A DNA stretch of 63,971 nt, the filler included, from Octopus bimaculoides (taxonomy: Eukaryota): the NCBI RefSeq assembly GCF_001194135.2. It is 4 parts of 4 records of this genome, joined end to end, with 100 filler letters (N's around TTAATTAATTAA, not from the genome) between each part and the next. Parts side by side here need not be neighbours in the genome. Positions count along the whole stretch, not along the records: positions 26,411 to 56,742 come from NC_068997.1; positions 56,843 to 60,822 come from NC_068990.1; positions 60,923 to 63,971 come from NC_068985.1; 1 more part is not named here. One strand, given 5' to 3'. Shown piece after piece: positions 50,351 through 63,940 of the stretch. A program made the position numbers and the translations under genes. Under the pieces are notes generated by a model that saw nothing but the letters and a program-made list of their open reading frames with translations, had not been told where the DNA came from and searched no databases. Positions within the stretch are counted from its first letter, which is position 1, and the number at the start of each line of letters is the position of its first letter.

Positions 50351-50877
50351 ATTATATGAACTAAGCCTACTAATCTTCCCCAATAATAGCACCTCGAGGT
50401 TCATTCTCATTGCTAATGTCCTCACCTATCCGAGCACTATGTAGATACCTATACCACGCTTATTACACGTTCTTCCGCACTATATATANNNNNNNNNNNN
50501 NNNNNNNNNNNNNNNNNNNNNNNNNNNNNNNNNNNNNNNNNNNNNNNNNNNNNNNNNNNNNNNNNNNNNNNNNNNNNNNNNNNNNNNNNNNNNNNNNNNN
50601 NNNNNNNNNNNNNNNNNNNNNNNNNNNNNNNNNNNNNNNNNNNNNNNNNNNNNNNNNNNNNNNNNNNNNNNNNNNNNNNNNNNNNNNNNNNNNNNNNNNN
50701 NNNNNNNNNNNNNNNNNNNNNNNNNNNNNNNNNNNNNNNNNNNNNNNNNNNNNNNNNNNNNNNNNNNNNNNNNNNNNNNNNNNNNNNNNNNNNNNNNNNN
50801 NNNNNNNNNNNNNNNNNNNNNNNNNNNNNNNNNNNNNNNNNNNNNNNNNNNNNNNNNNNNNNNNATATATATATATA

Positions 50878-50932
<55 letters not shown>

Positions 50933-50984
50933 GTATATATATACGCTTGGGTAATGTTTACATTATGTCCTGATTACTGTTAGT

Positions 50985-51127
50985 AGTTTCTGTCTACTAA
51001 ATCCACTGATAAGGTCTTGGTCGACTCGAGGCTACAGTCGAAGACACTTGGTCAAGATGCCACGCTGTAGGACTGAACCCGGAGCTTTGTGGTTTGGAAG
51101 CTAGCCTCTTACCACACAACCACGCCT

Positions 51128-51131
<4 letters not shown>
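50985..51131 (-). mobile_element. SINE family B 5' head
   Basis: GAAGACACTTGGTCAAG...GACTGAACCCGG...ACCACACAACCACGCCTG matches the B head. Confidence 0.8.
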
Positions 51132-51162
<31 letters not shown>

Positions 51163-51464
51163 TGTGTGTGTGTGTGTGTGTATTTAGGTACTCCTATATG
51201 CATATATACATCCATAAATAAATATATACATACATTACTCACACGTGTAAATATATACACTTGTGTATATGTGTGTGTGTTTTAAAGTTTTACAAGGATA
51301 TGTTGAAAGAAAGTCCGAAGTTACTTTTAATTTTTTCCTTACAAAAGTTTAATAAATGTGTACTCTGGTTATTGATCAGATTGATGTTAAATTGTTTTTT
51401 ATATTTAATATGACATAAAAACAGACATCAAGATGATTTGTGCGTGTGTCCGTGCGTGCGTCCA

Positions 51465-51497
<33 letters not shown>

Positions 51498-52076
51498 GTA
51501 TGTGTGTGTGTGTGTCTGTTCGTGCATGTATGTGTGTTTGTGTGTGGTATGATTTTCAAGAAGTAGTATAGCACTCAATCAGTTAAGAGAGTAAAGATAA
51601 AATTTTTCAATAATACCCACAAAACGCCTTGTACAAAGCATCTATCTATAGTTTCTTGCCTAAAATTTTTATTTACCATTTATGAAGTTGATAAAAACAG
51701 GACAAAATAAATGCCTGGAGCGAGATTTATTTTTCCTCATCTGAAGGGGAATTTAGGATAAACCACGAGGCACATTATAAAACATTCAAGTGTTGGTTTA
51801 TTTAATTTATATAACTTTTTATATTCGTACGACATTGGTTTTATTTACTGCGTTGTTAATTACTTCCCCTTGAATTTTCGCTATCTTTTCCTCAATGTAG
51901 GAGCTGATTCAAACGACGATTGGACGAAGGCAGTTACTAGACAGTCTTGTTTTTATCAGCGTGATAAATGGCGCAATAAATTGATGTGTCGGCCAGGAAC
52001 GACTGTATTGCACAACGCTTTTTGTAGTTTTATGATTTATATAACATACATACAAAAATGATTTATACATATACGC

Positions 52077-52119
<43 letters not shown>

Positions 52120-52136
52120 NNNNNNNNNNNNNNNNN

Positions 52137-52219
<83 letters not shown>

Positions 52220-53157
52220 CACATATACACACACGCATAAACACACATACACATACACACACAGACATATATATACACATACTCACATATCTCTCTATAT
52301 ATATATGAATTTATATTTTTATATAGGTTATCATCTATGTCATATATTTTTTTATGATTTTCCATTTAATGAATATTTCTAATTACCTATATCAGCTAGT
52401 TTATCTCTATAGATGCCGTTTTAGTTATTTTTCTCGCCTTTTCATAAGTTATATTTCACTATTCGTTGTTCATCACCCATTCATCTCTCATTCCATTACA
52501 GTAGCGTTTATCATTGTCCCATCATTTTTATTAGGCATCTTCCTATCAATCTTTTATTCGACAGAGATTTAAATTATTCACTGAACATGTATTCTTGTAA
52601 GGAACTGTATGTGTCAGTACATTGGTCACATGTTCGCTTCTGTACTTGTATGTATATATGAATGTGGAAAGAGTATAAGCATGAATGGGAGGTACACGAA
52701 TAGATTTCAATGTTTTAATTTCATACTTTTTATGAACGTTCATGAATTTATTTTTATTTACGTATTTATATTATATTATATTATATATATATATATATTT
52801 ACACCCGATAAAATCAAGTTTTTTTTTATTACCCAAACGCCTACATGGAATATACAGGAATATACAGGAATACGATGAGTTCCTTACAGTGTCCGATCAA
52901 AATCTAATATGATACACAAATATTGTTGAGGATTTCTTTTATGGGGCAAGTTACATATATATATATGCATACAAGCACATATATATGTCTGTGTATATAC
53001 GTATAGCGATATATGCATACATACATGCATGCATACAGACATACATACATACATACATACATACATACATACATACATACATACATACGTACACTCACAC
53101 AAACACACACACATGTAGAGAGTTAATCATACAGACAGACATATAGATAGATCAATC

Positions 53158-53212
<55 letters not shown>

Positions 53213-53605
53213 TTGATTGATAGATAGTTTAGTCAAACGAACAAATGAGTAGTGTCTGCACAGATGAGATGGTACAATGAAGAATATTTATTTCGGACAT
53301 ATACATACATATGAATGCATACAAATAAATGCGTATGTGTGTGTGTATGTGTGTGTGTGCGTGTGTGTGTGTGTGTGTCGATAAAGAGAGAGACGGAGAA
53401 ACAGACAGGCAGACAGGACAGATACATAGATAATCTTTTATCTTCTATCTTCTATCTTCTACTTCTTTCAGTCATCACATTGCGGTCATGCTGGATCACC
53501 ACATTGTAGATAATAATTTATTGTAGATTTAAAGAGAGACTTGATGAGGTCTCCTCACTTAGTGTTGCTCCGAATTGCAGCAGTAAATATTGGACCATAT
53601 GTGTA

Positions 53606-53683
<78 letters not shown>

Positions 53684-53684
<1 letters not shown>

Positions 53685-53953
53685 ATCGCGGTTTCAATTC
53701 CCAGACCGGGCGTTGTGGATGTTTATTGAGTGAAAACACCTAAAGCTCCACGATGTTCCGCCAGAGGGTGATAGTGAACTTGCTGTATTATTTCATTATT
53801 TCACCACAATTTCTCTCACTCTTTCTTCCTGTTTCTGTTGCACCTGTATTTCAAAGGGCCAGCATTGTGACACTCTGCGTCACGCTGAATCTCCCCCGAG
53901 AACTACATTAAGGGTACACCTGTCTGTGGAGTGCTCAGCCACTTGCATGTTAA
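53684..53953 (+). mobile_element. SINE family A, truncated at both ends
   Basis: Starts at the B box right after (CT)n(TA)n and ends at CACTTGCATGTTAA. Confidence 0.85.
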
Positions 53954-54088
53954 CAAATGAGCTGCGACGTCACTGGTGCCAAGGTGTATCGGCCTTTGCC
54001 TTTCCCTTGGATAACATCGGTGGGGTGGAGTGGGGAGGTTGGTATACACGGGATCACTGCTCGTCTTCCATGTATATATGTATGTGTG

Positions 54089-54162
<74 letters not shown>

Positions 54163-55840
54163 CATAGATCCTTCAGACAACAGTTTTACCTTATACCATA
54201 TTAATTAATTAATACACGTGATCTGCATTAGGAGAAGCACCTGACCCCACTAGAATTGTGTTAACACGACAAATTAAACCGAATGTGTGTGTGTTTATAT
54301 GTGTGTGTTTGTGTAAGTATGCATTTGTGTGTATACAAAGACACACAGACATACATAGATAATGGTGATGACGACGACGTTGTTATTAGATTTTGACAAA
54401 AGTGAAAGGAAAATCTGATCCTTATTAAAGAAAGAGAAAATGGTAAACTACACAGACTATTTGGACTTTAATAAAAAGTTGTTGTTTTTATTTTTTTAAA
54501 TTCTATAGATATTTTGACAAGTCTATCAAGAATCATAGCGTTAAATGAATTCATTCGAAATGACAGTGAAAAAAACTGACTTTTGTTTAGCTATATTTTG
54601 TTCTGCTTCAGTGATTTCTTGGAGTTAAATCAAGCAGACAACTTCCCAAACATATATCGAGCGAATGCAATTTTTGATGATCAAGAGGAAATGTTTCAGA
54701 GTGTTTTTGTTCCGTAAATGATAAGAATGTTAGTTAATAGAACTAGCTTCTACTTTTTCCATGATGACATTTACCTGGGCATTGACAAGAACCTGTCCTA
54801 TTTTGGGACAACAACGTGAAATTTTGTTTTGATTGTCACGTATCTGAAACAGATGGTATTTCTTAGTGGAACTTGCTGGTTGTTTGCTAGACAGAGAATA
54901 TGCAGACTGGTTTGTGTCTTTAAGCGAACGCTAAAAACACAACGACATTTTGATTAACCTGGCGAATAAAATTCTCTCCCTCCCTCTCCTCTCTGTCTTT
55001 GTCTGTCTCTCTGTTTCTATCACTGTCTCTGTCTCTGTCTCTGTCTGTCTGTCTCTCTCTCCCTCTCTCTCTCTTCCTTTCTCTGTATGACGTAAAGAGT
55101 TCGTGACGCAACTATGAGTTCCAGAGTTCGCTTCTACTGTTGTGACATTATGGCGAAGTGTATTTTAACAAAGTCTCAATACCAGCTGGCTTATCAGGAA
55201 AAACTGTATAGGAGCCAGTCGCATGTATCTGTACCTGTAATTATATCTGTAATTCACAGATCGAACCCTGTCTTGCTGATTTTACCTGAAGATCACTGGT
55301 AAACGCATCTATGGAATACCCCAAGCACTTAAATGCTAATCAGTGGACAGGTAATTCAGCGGGTTGAACAACTGTATACACAACATGTATACGCTACAGG
55401 CTAACACCCTCTACCACCAACAGCACATCCTCTATCTTAATCACTTCCTTCTCATAATCATACATTTATACTCTTTATCTTATTTCATCTTCACTAACAC
55501 ACTTACATATACGCACATCATCCGTTAATCTATGCAACCCAGAGTTTCGACCGCAACCTCTGTCTAATTCATGCTATCAAGCTGAAAACCCGGTCTCATT
55601 TCCTGCTAAGTTTAGGAAATGGGATCGAATCCAGGTCTACTTTTATTTGTGATACAGCTAATGTATTTTCTACCATTAAATGTTGTCGTTCCAATGAAGT
55701 TTGACTTTCACAAACAATGATAATTAACAAGTAAACACGTAAGTATCGAGAATGAAACACGTAGAAACACGCATAAAACATGAGTAAAATGCGTCTGAAA
55801 ACGTAATGAACTTGTACAGAACACGCAAAATACCTGCATG

Positions 55841-55888
<48 letters not shown>

Positions 55889-56588
55889 GTGTGTGTGTTT
55901 ATGTGTGTATATAAAAAAAGCATGTGATAAAATATATTAAATTAGTAAAACAAACGTACAGAAGAGCACGTATAAATGACGCATTAAGCGTAGAAAATTT
56001 ATTAAAAGGACTGATTTAGCACGAATAAAATACACAAATCATGCAGGAAACATGGCTAAAACATACAAGACACGCTCACTTGCAGCAGATATGAACCATG
56101 TTTAAACAATACATATATAAGAAAGAAAACATGCAAACTAAAGATGGAAAAGAAAGGAGAGAGAAAATATTTGTGAGGGAAGTAATGTAAATAATTAACG
56201 CGTGGTAAACAAACAAGCTTGGAGACGAAATGAAAATAAATGTAGACATTTATTTCTGTTTTAATAAAGCTAACTGCGTGTCGAAGATGTTAAACTAATT
56301 ATCAATATTGGCAATATTGTTTGGGAGTTGGAAAGGGATGACAAGTGAAGTGTAGAATTATATATTTATAGCAGTGATGTGACCTTTAGTTTGAGAGCTG
56401 GATTACAGCAGAAGCGACATTTTTGCTTTTTTTTTATTTTTGTTGCTTCCGTTTTTTTACTGGTATTTCACTTCAAACGGGTCCATGCTCCTACGTATGG
56501 AGTTTTGTGTGTATGTGCGTGTATGTGTGTATATGTGTGTGTGTGTGGACGTGTGTGCTAATACATAGGTAGAAAGATAGATAGATAA

Positions 56589-56640
<52 letters not shown>

Positions 56641-56677
56641 GTAGGCAGATAGATAGATAGATAGATAGATAGATACA

Positions 56678-56742
56678 TTTCTTTTATTAGCCACACAGGG
56701 CTCAACGAAGATGGGACAAATACAATGTAGAGCTTTTCTTTT
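56678..56742 (-). mobile_element. SINE C1-like tail, cut by a gap
   Basis: TTTCTTTTATTAGCCACACAGGGCTCAAC..GATGGGACAAA resembles 9711-9760. Confidence 0.55.
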
Positions 56743-57182
56743 NNNNNNNNNNNNNNNNNNNNNNNNNNNNNNNNNNNNNNNNNNNNTTAATTAATTAANN
56801 NNNNNNNNNNNNNNNNNNNNNNNNNNNNNNNNNNNNNNNNNNAAAGAAAAAGGCTGATTAGAAGACTACAGATTCAAGCCATCAATGGAACTGTAAAGAT
56901 ATGTAAAACTTTCCAAAAATTTAGCACATAAATACATATGCATGCATCTAGACATAATAACGCATCCATAAAACAAACATACAAATCTGCGCATACACTA
57001 ACACCAAATACTGCACACACACATATGCACAAATACCTAGATGATGTTGATAAAAGTTCCAATGAAGGAGCCTTGAATCTATGTTAGAGTCCGGCTCTTT
57101 CTCTATGGACAAGAAATACAGAAATGAAACTGATTGATAACATACATACATACGGTTAGTCATCGCCTGAAGTATTTCAGAG

Positions 57183-57752
57183 TTAGTTTGGTGCGTGACC
57201 AGCCTGGGTGTAACTTTTCAGGTCGTCAAGTGACCTACACTCTTTAGCACATGTTACACACATGACTGCTCCCAAACACCATGAACCACATATTAGCCAT
57301 CCTGCACTTTCATGTGACATTTCAGGCCCCCAGCTGATGGGCAAACCTTGCCGCATTCCTAGCATGTTGTTAAGTTGTGCATGGCGCAATCCAATTCATC
57401 CCTCTCTACATGGCTTCTTTTTGGGACTTTTCTGTCCCTTTCTGCTGAAGCCAACTCTCCCACATTCATCACGTCAGTTCACCCTGGTCACCCACACTTC
57501 TTAGAAATATCATGTCCACATCTTTCTAGCACCCCTTCCGCCATATATTGCTTTCGTCCATCTTGTAATTTTTTGCCAGTCCCTTTTCCGAGATGTTAGT
57601 TTTCTTCAAGGGTTTCTTAATGCAATCTTTGAATCTCAGTTAAGGTTTATGAGGCGGACGCTTTCCATTTTCTGCTTATCACAAGGGGGTTGCTTCGGAG
57701 TCCCATTCTCTCTAAATGTGCCGCCTACTGGAGTCAGCGCTGCAAAATGATT
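57183..57752 (-). mobile_element. RTE (BovB-like) LINE 3' remnant
   Basis: PKQ.L...GKRP..KP.LRFKDC.KK.LKKTNI motif and a terminal C2H2-like CVTCAKECRSLDDLKSY. Confidence 0.75.
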
Positions 57753-58233
57753 TGCACATATATATATAAGCATACACACACACACGTTTGTGTGTGTGTG
57801 TGTGTCTGTCTGTCTGTCTGTATGTATGTATGTATGTGTGCGTGCGCGTGTGCGAACCGTTGCGTTGAGTTACGCATCTATTATGTATACTATCCGAAAC
57901 ACACATGCATAAACACACATACATATGTACCTATATATATTTGTACACTAAAGGTTAGTTATGAAACTAGCAGCCACTTTCAAATAAATGACTCAAGACA
58001 TAATAAAACACGGAGAATAAAATAGCGAATTTTAGTTAGTACGATATCCGTCCATTATATATTCCTTTACACGATCCAACTAACAATTCGTTTGACAAGT
58101 TCAGTAGAACGAAACAAATTACAATTCGTCGCGTATCACTAACATTCAATAAAAATGCATAAATTGTTGGTGTGTACATATGTACGAATGTATGGACGCA
58201 TTGATTTATGTATGTACGTATTCATGTATGAAC

Positions 58234-58264
<31 letters not shown>

Positions 58265-58502
58265 TGTATGTATGTACGTACGTTCGGATGTAAGCGTAAG
58301 TAGGGAGCAGTTATTCTTTCTAGCTTGTCCTGTTCAAAATATGATTAACTTTCATCTAAACTTTAAAAATGACAGAATCTTTGGATAATACTTTAGTTTA
58401 TTTGATTCTACTCATAAAACCGTTCCACATTGTCTCATAAATGAACATTATGTGTGTGCGTGTGTGTAAATACGTATGTGTTTATACGTATGTATATATA
58501 TA

Positions 58503-58548
<46 letters not shown>

Positions 58549-58721
58549 NNNNNNNNNNNNNNNNNNNNNNNNNNNNNNNNNNNNNNNNNNNNNNNNNNNN
58601 NNNNNNNNNNNNNNNNNNNNNNNNNNNNNNNNNNNNNNNNNNNNNNNNNNNNNNNNNNNNNNNNNNNNNNNNNNNNNNNNNNNNNNNNNNNNNNNNNNNN
58701 NNNNNNNNNNNNNNNNNNNNN

Positions 58722-58807
<86 letters not shown>

Positions 58808-59345
58808 CTTTGTACTTGCATAGTTGTGGCTTACGGAAGCTACTATAGTGCAAGTTTGGAAATATAGTAGAGCAAAACGTAAGTAAAGCTTAGATCATGT
58901 TTTTCTTCTCTCTTTTGGCAGTGGGGGAGAATTTTTAAAGTCATGAATGCTTCTTTAATTCTCAAATTTCCAATATTTCTTTCTCTGCCTCTAGTAGTTA
59001 ACCGTGATCTTTTGTTATGCCGTATGTGGCATTTGTATAATTGTGCACTTTACTTCGGATATGCAGCTTATGGAATGTTGCTAGCATATCCGCTACACCT
59101 ATTGCAAACAAGAAGAGGTACTACGAAGGCCCGTAAGCATACCCTGTCTACAGTGTTTACACGTTAGTTGCCTGTGGAGATCATCTACAAGATAGCTATT
59201 TCATTAGAGAAGGCCCTGAGTGCGTTTGTTGTATATTTTAATTCCTCCCTACGGATGTCTTCATAGGTTGTGGCAGTTATTCTCTCCTAAAAGTGTGACA
59301 TTCTTCAATTATATGCACTGTATGTATATTATTTGAAAATATATA

Positions 59346-60103
59346 TCTATTACATATGTGGAAATCTGTGGGCGTGTTTGTTTGTGGCGATGTTATCTAA
59401 CTCCTCCTACATCGTTTCGTCGATTTTGATGAAACTTGACACGTGAGTAGAACTCTTGTCTGGAAAACTAGTGACATACATAGATTGTTGAAAAAAATCG
59501 ATAATAGGGCTCCTGGAAGGGATTCTTATATCTACTACATATAACTAATATATTATTTGTAAACATCTATGGGAAACCCATTCGCTCCTGAAAGGGATCC
59601 TTATATATAGCCATTCATTTTCGTAAATTATTTTGTATAAATCAAATTGAGTATGCTTATTTCTTAGTATTTGAACTTTTTGAGTTATTTTCGCAATTTA
59701 TCAAGTACAACGCTTAAACAAGTAAATAGTATTTTCCTAAATAATAAATCCACTTATTTCGGTTAGTATACATAGCTTATTAGCTTTTCCTCCTAAGTTC
59801 TATATATTCTGAGAACGTATTAATGCTCTTTCCGGGGCTACTTTCTTTGAATTCTTACAATCGGGTAATTAATTTCATGTTATTACATAACTGACTTCAC
59901 AATTTGAGTATTTATAACTTATTGGGAATTCTTAAAAATAAGATCCTGTGTAAGACAGTTCGGTATTCTCAATAAATGCACAAAAACCGTTTTACGGGCT
60001 ACATACAGATTGTATTGTTGTTACTGGATTAGCGAAACAATTATGTGAGCGGAACCAAGGGATAAGCCCCGCTTTCCCGGGAAAAAGCGGGTACGTCAGC
60101 TAG
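59346..60103 (+). mobile_element. Non-autonomous Helitron
   Basis: 3' hairpin CCCGCTTT/AAAGCGGG (60068-60091), 8 nt, then CTAG|T (60100-60104). 5' A|TC at 59345-59347 followed by a typical TGTTTGTTTG...CGATTTTGATGAAAC leader. The 5' boundary is less certain. Confidence 0.85.
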
Positions 60104-60567
60104 TATGCAACATGAAATACAAAAACAAATAAGTTCAATACGCAAACAACGAGAGAAACAAATGGAAAACAGGACAAGTAACACAAAGAACGACCCTTCA
60201 TCAGTTGTTGGCTGTCCATCTAATCCTCATTTCGAGCATTCAACGACAATATGAGTCTTCGAAGACAGTTCTCCCATAAGTACCAAAATAAAATTTGGAA
60301 GTTATGGAGGGTCAAAGCTGGGAACAAAAACAGGTCAGTGGAGACATACAAGGAACCAAACGAAAAAAGACATGGAGGGTCGTTAGACCAGAACGAGGAT
60401 AAAATAGCGAACGCTGCAGAAATATTTTCTTTGACAAGAAAAAAGATAGAAGAGAGAGATAGGATACGTCCAGTCCTTATGACACTCCTGAAAGAAAAGA
60501 AAGATGATCGCGAGAGGAAAAGAAAGATGGACGATGGTCAAGTGTGAGCAACGAGAGAGAGAAACGG

Positions 60568-60614
<47 letters not shown>

Positions 60615-60922
60615 AGATAGAAAACAGTGAAGGGGAGAAAAAGGGAATTATATAAATTATTTCTAGGATTCATTTGAATCAAGATAATTTAAAATCAAGG
60701 CCCCCCAAGTTAGAGTCGAGATTAGCCTAGCCGTGATATATACCGTGTACGGATACTCACCGTACACATCCATATAAATATGCATGCATATGTATGCCAA
60801 AATGAGGGGGTTAACAAACATTNNNNNNNNNNNNNNNNNNNNNNNNNNNNNNNNNNNNNNNNNNNNTTAATTAATTAANNNNNNNNNNNNNNNNNNNNNN
60901 NNNNNNNNNNNNNNNNNNNNNN

Positions 60923-60978
<56 letters not shown>

Positions 60979-61411
60979 GATTTGGAAGTTGGCGTTCCCA
61001 AAAAATCTCTAACAGAAGTTAGATACTTTCCTAAGCATGGAAACACACAGATATAAAAGGAATATGTATATCTACATAAATACATACATATATGGAATAC
61101 TAACACACATATACACACGCATACAAATATACAAAGAAGCATATACTTATATATATATGACTATTTTGGTATGCATGTTCAGCCATCTGTGTATGTGCAT
61201 CTGAATGCACAGATATGTACTAATGTAGTTATGATTTTGTATCCATGTATATCTCCATGTGGTAATGTATACATTCATAGGCATGTATATTGGAGTTTTA
61301 ATAGCTATTTATATGGTTTTATATACTTTTTGTAGACCTTTTTATGTGCCTTATATTTTCATTTTTTTATTTTTTATTTTATTCTTATTTTATATTTGTA
61401 TTCAATTTTGT

Positions 61412-61546
61412 AAATCTCTGAAGAGGCCTAGCGAATCATGCATGTGCCCCATTACATCATTGTCATCTACTAATTACTCCAGCCTATGGGAGGTATGGAG
61501 ATAGAATGGGGTATGCCAACGCTAGGCCGAAACAGCTGTAAGATTT
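61412..61546 (+). ncRNA. Type I hammerhead ribozyme, intact core, extended stem II
   Basis: Stem I AAATCT/AGATTT; CTGAAGA at 61418-61424; 9-bp stem II GGCCTAGCG/CGCTAGGCC; GAAA; palindromic stem III ACAGCTGT; GUA cleavage after 61540. Confidence 0.88.
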
Positions 61547-61671
61547 TGTCACTACTCCAATTGGTAAATGACCCTTATATTTGAAATCTTAATTGTTGAT
61601 ATAACATGGCATGTCATAAGTATCTGTCTGCAAGTTGATGACTACCTCATATTCCCCTCATATTCTTATTG

Positions 61672-61730
<59 letters not shown>

Positions 61731-61829
61731 TATATCCGCGCTGACCACTTGGTAAAAATCATTCATGATTTTACTCTTTTTGATATATATATTTATATAT
61801 ATATATATATATATTTATAGTGGTTTCTC

Positions 61830-63940
61830 CCAACAAATAAAATGCAACCATAACACCAGACTTAAATAATTTATATCCCAAATCGCACCCCAAAGACATA
61901 ACATCAATAGCAACCACAACCAACCACCCACATACTCAAACAGACCCCACAATCACACTTATAACACTAGGGCTAAATCTAAGATGTATAAATCATCTAG
62001 CCGTACCAAAAATATGGACAACTGCCCTCCACCTAAACACCTTCATTACAACATGCACAGAACCCCCCAAACAATCGGTGGCCGCTCCATCCTGTGGTAC
62101 ACCCCCCATTCTCAGTTAACACTAGGAACTTAGCCTAATCTTTCTTTAAAATACTAGATTCTAACTTCCCACGACAACACAAATACCACTCTATATTCAA
62201 TAGATCCACTTTAAAATTGTCGTATTCTACCATTCCTAACTTTGAATCTATTATAGCAANNNNNNNNNNNNNNNNNNNNNNNNNNNNNNNNNNNNNNNNN
62301 NNNNNNNNNNNNNNNNNNNNNNNNNNNNNNNNNNNNNNNNNNNNNNNNNNNNNNNNNNNNNNNNNNNNNNNNNNNNNNNNNNNNNNNNNNNNNNNNNNNN
62401 NNNNNNNNNNNNNNNNNNNNNNNNNNNNNNNNNNNNNNNNNNNNNNNNNNNNNNNNNNNNNNNNNNNNNNNNNNNNNNNNNNNNNNNNNNNNNNNNNNNN
62501 NNNNNNNNNNNNNNNNNNNNNNNNNNNNNNNNNNNNNNNNNNNNNNNNNNNNNNNNNNNNNNNNNNNNNNNNNNNNNNNNNNNNNNNNNNNNNNNNNNNN
62601 NNNNNNNNNNNNNNNNNNNNNNNNNNNNNNNNNNNNNNNNNNNNNNNNNNNNNNNNNNNNNNNNNNNNNNNNNNNNNNNNNNNNNNNNNNNNNNNNNNNN
62701 NNNNNNNNNNNNNNNNNNNNNNNNNNNNNNNNNNNNNNNNNNNNNNNNNNNNNNNNNNNNNNNNNNNNNNNNNNNNNNNNNNNNNNNNNNNNNNNNNNNN
62801 NNNNNNNNNNNNNNNNNNNNNNNNNNNNAATGCACTTTAAAATGGTCCATCTTAGATTCTGGAACTCCATACCAGGGCCAGCGCTCCAACTGCAAGCTTT
62901 GCCTAATGGAGGCGTTCCATATTTTAAAATACAATTCTCCCACTCTACTTAATCGATATAACGAAGCGTTTAGCAACTGCAATCACCGCTCTTACCATAC
63001 ATTTAAATTTTATCACAAGCAAAATTGCACAAACGATCACGCAACATAATCGCACGACGCCCCACAGGAAACCTATTCAACCTGGCAAAAACATCCATCT
63101 TTTACCATCTTTTGAATAGTCTTATTTCCTTTCGATCATATCACCACATATATATATCCTCAAATCTACTTCCTCTACACTCTAATTCACAATAGCACCA
63201 CCACCACATACAGACTACGTGGTTTCTTTCAATCCCGTTCCACCGTCTGTAAATAGGTTTGGCTACATTCTAGAATATGATACTACCAACTACCTTTCCC
63301 ACCTATCTCCCCCTTTATCTCTGTTCTTGCTTTATCACCCATACCCCCACCACCTATAGACTACATCTGCACAATCCTTCCTACTCACTAAACCTTTTAA
63401 CCTCATCCCCCCATTCCTCCTTCCCTCTATATGCTCATCCTCTCTATCCAGTGAGATCAACTGACCATAAAAAATATACCACCACCATTCTCCACCTCAA
63501 TCTTTCATCTATCCTCTTCCCATTCTGTCTTCATGACTTGACGTACTTACCATACGCACACTTCTCACTTGACTCGGGCATTCTTCAAGAAAACACAAGC
63601 AAAATACCATCGGACACAACATGGCATATATTCACCTCTGCTATCTCTGCTATCTCAGGCTTTGCTGCAGCAACTATTTCTGGATTATTCCCACAAGGAT
63701 TACTTTACACAGATATTTACTACTGGAATGAAACTACACTTAAAGTACTGTTCTCTCTTTCTTTCTTTTTTCAGCGCATCACACTCTATATCACTTCATA
63801 CTAAAACTATTCGCCTATGGATATAATAATCGATTCCTTTACTTTTTCTGTCTCCGATGAAGGGAAGTACTCGATCTTCCCAGAAACAGCTGTAAGACTC
63901 TATCCATAAAATATTTTTCCAACCTTACCATTGCTCTCTT
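61830..63940 (+). mobile_element. Penelope-like element remnant with C-terminal GIY-YIG (possibly Hydra clade)
   Basis: RSILWYTPPFS..LDSNFPRQHKYHSIFNRSTLKLSYSTIPNFESIIA before the gap; LKWSIL..CKLCLMEAFHILK..NCNHR after it; pyrimidine-rich 3' region ending in a hammerhead motif. Confidence 0.82.
63850..63898 (+). ncRNA. Minimal type I hammerhead-like motif, variant core
   Basis: GTCT CCGATGA A GGGAAG-loop-CTTCCC A GAAAC AGCTGT A AGAC; U4 is C, and an A-A opposition sits at the base of stem II. Confidence 0.7.

Noticed and set aside
60190-60240. Minus-strand GAAA...CTGATGA (also CTGATGA at 46385-46379) as a type II hammerhead
   Set aside because: Stems I and III cannot be formed convincingly; these are at most isolated half motifs in a dispersed repeat.
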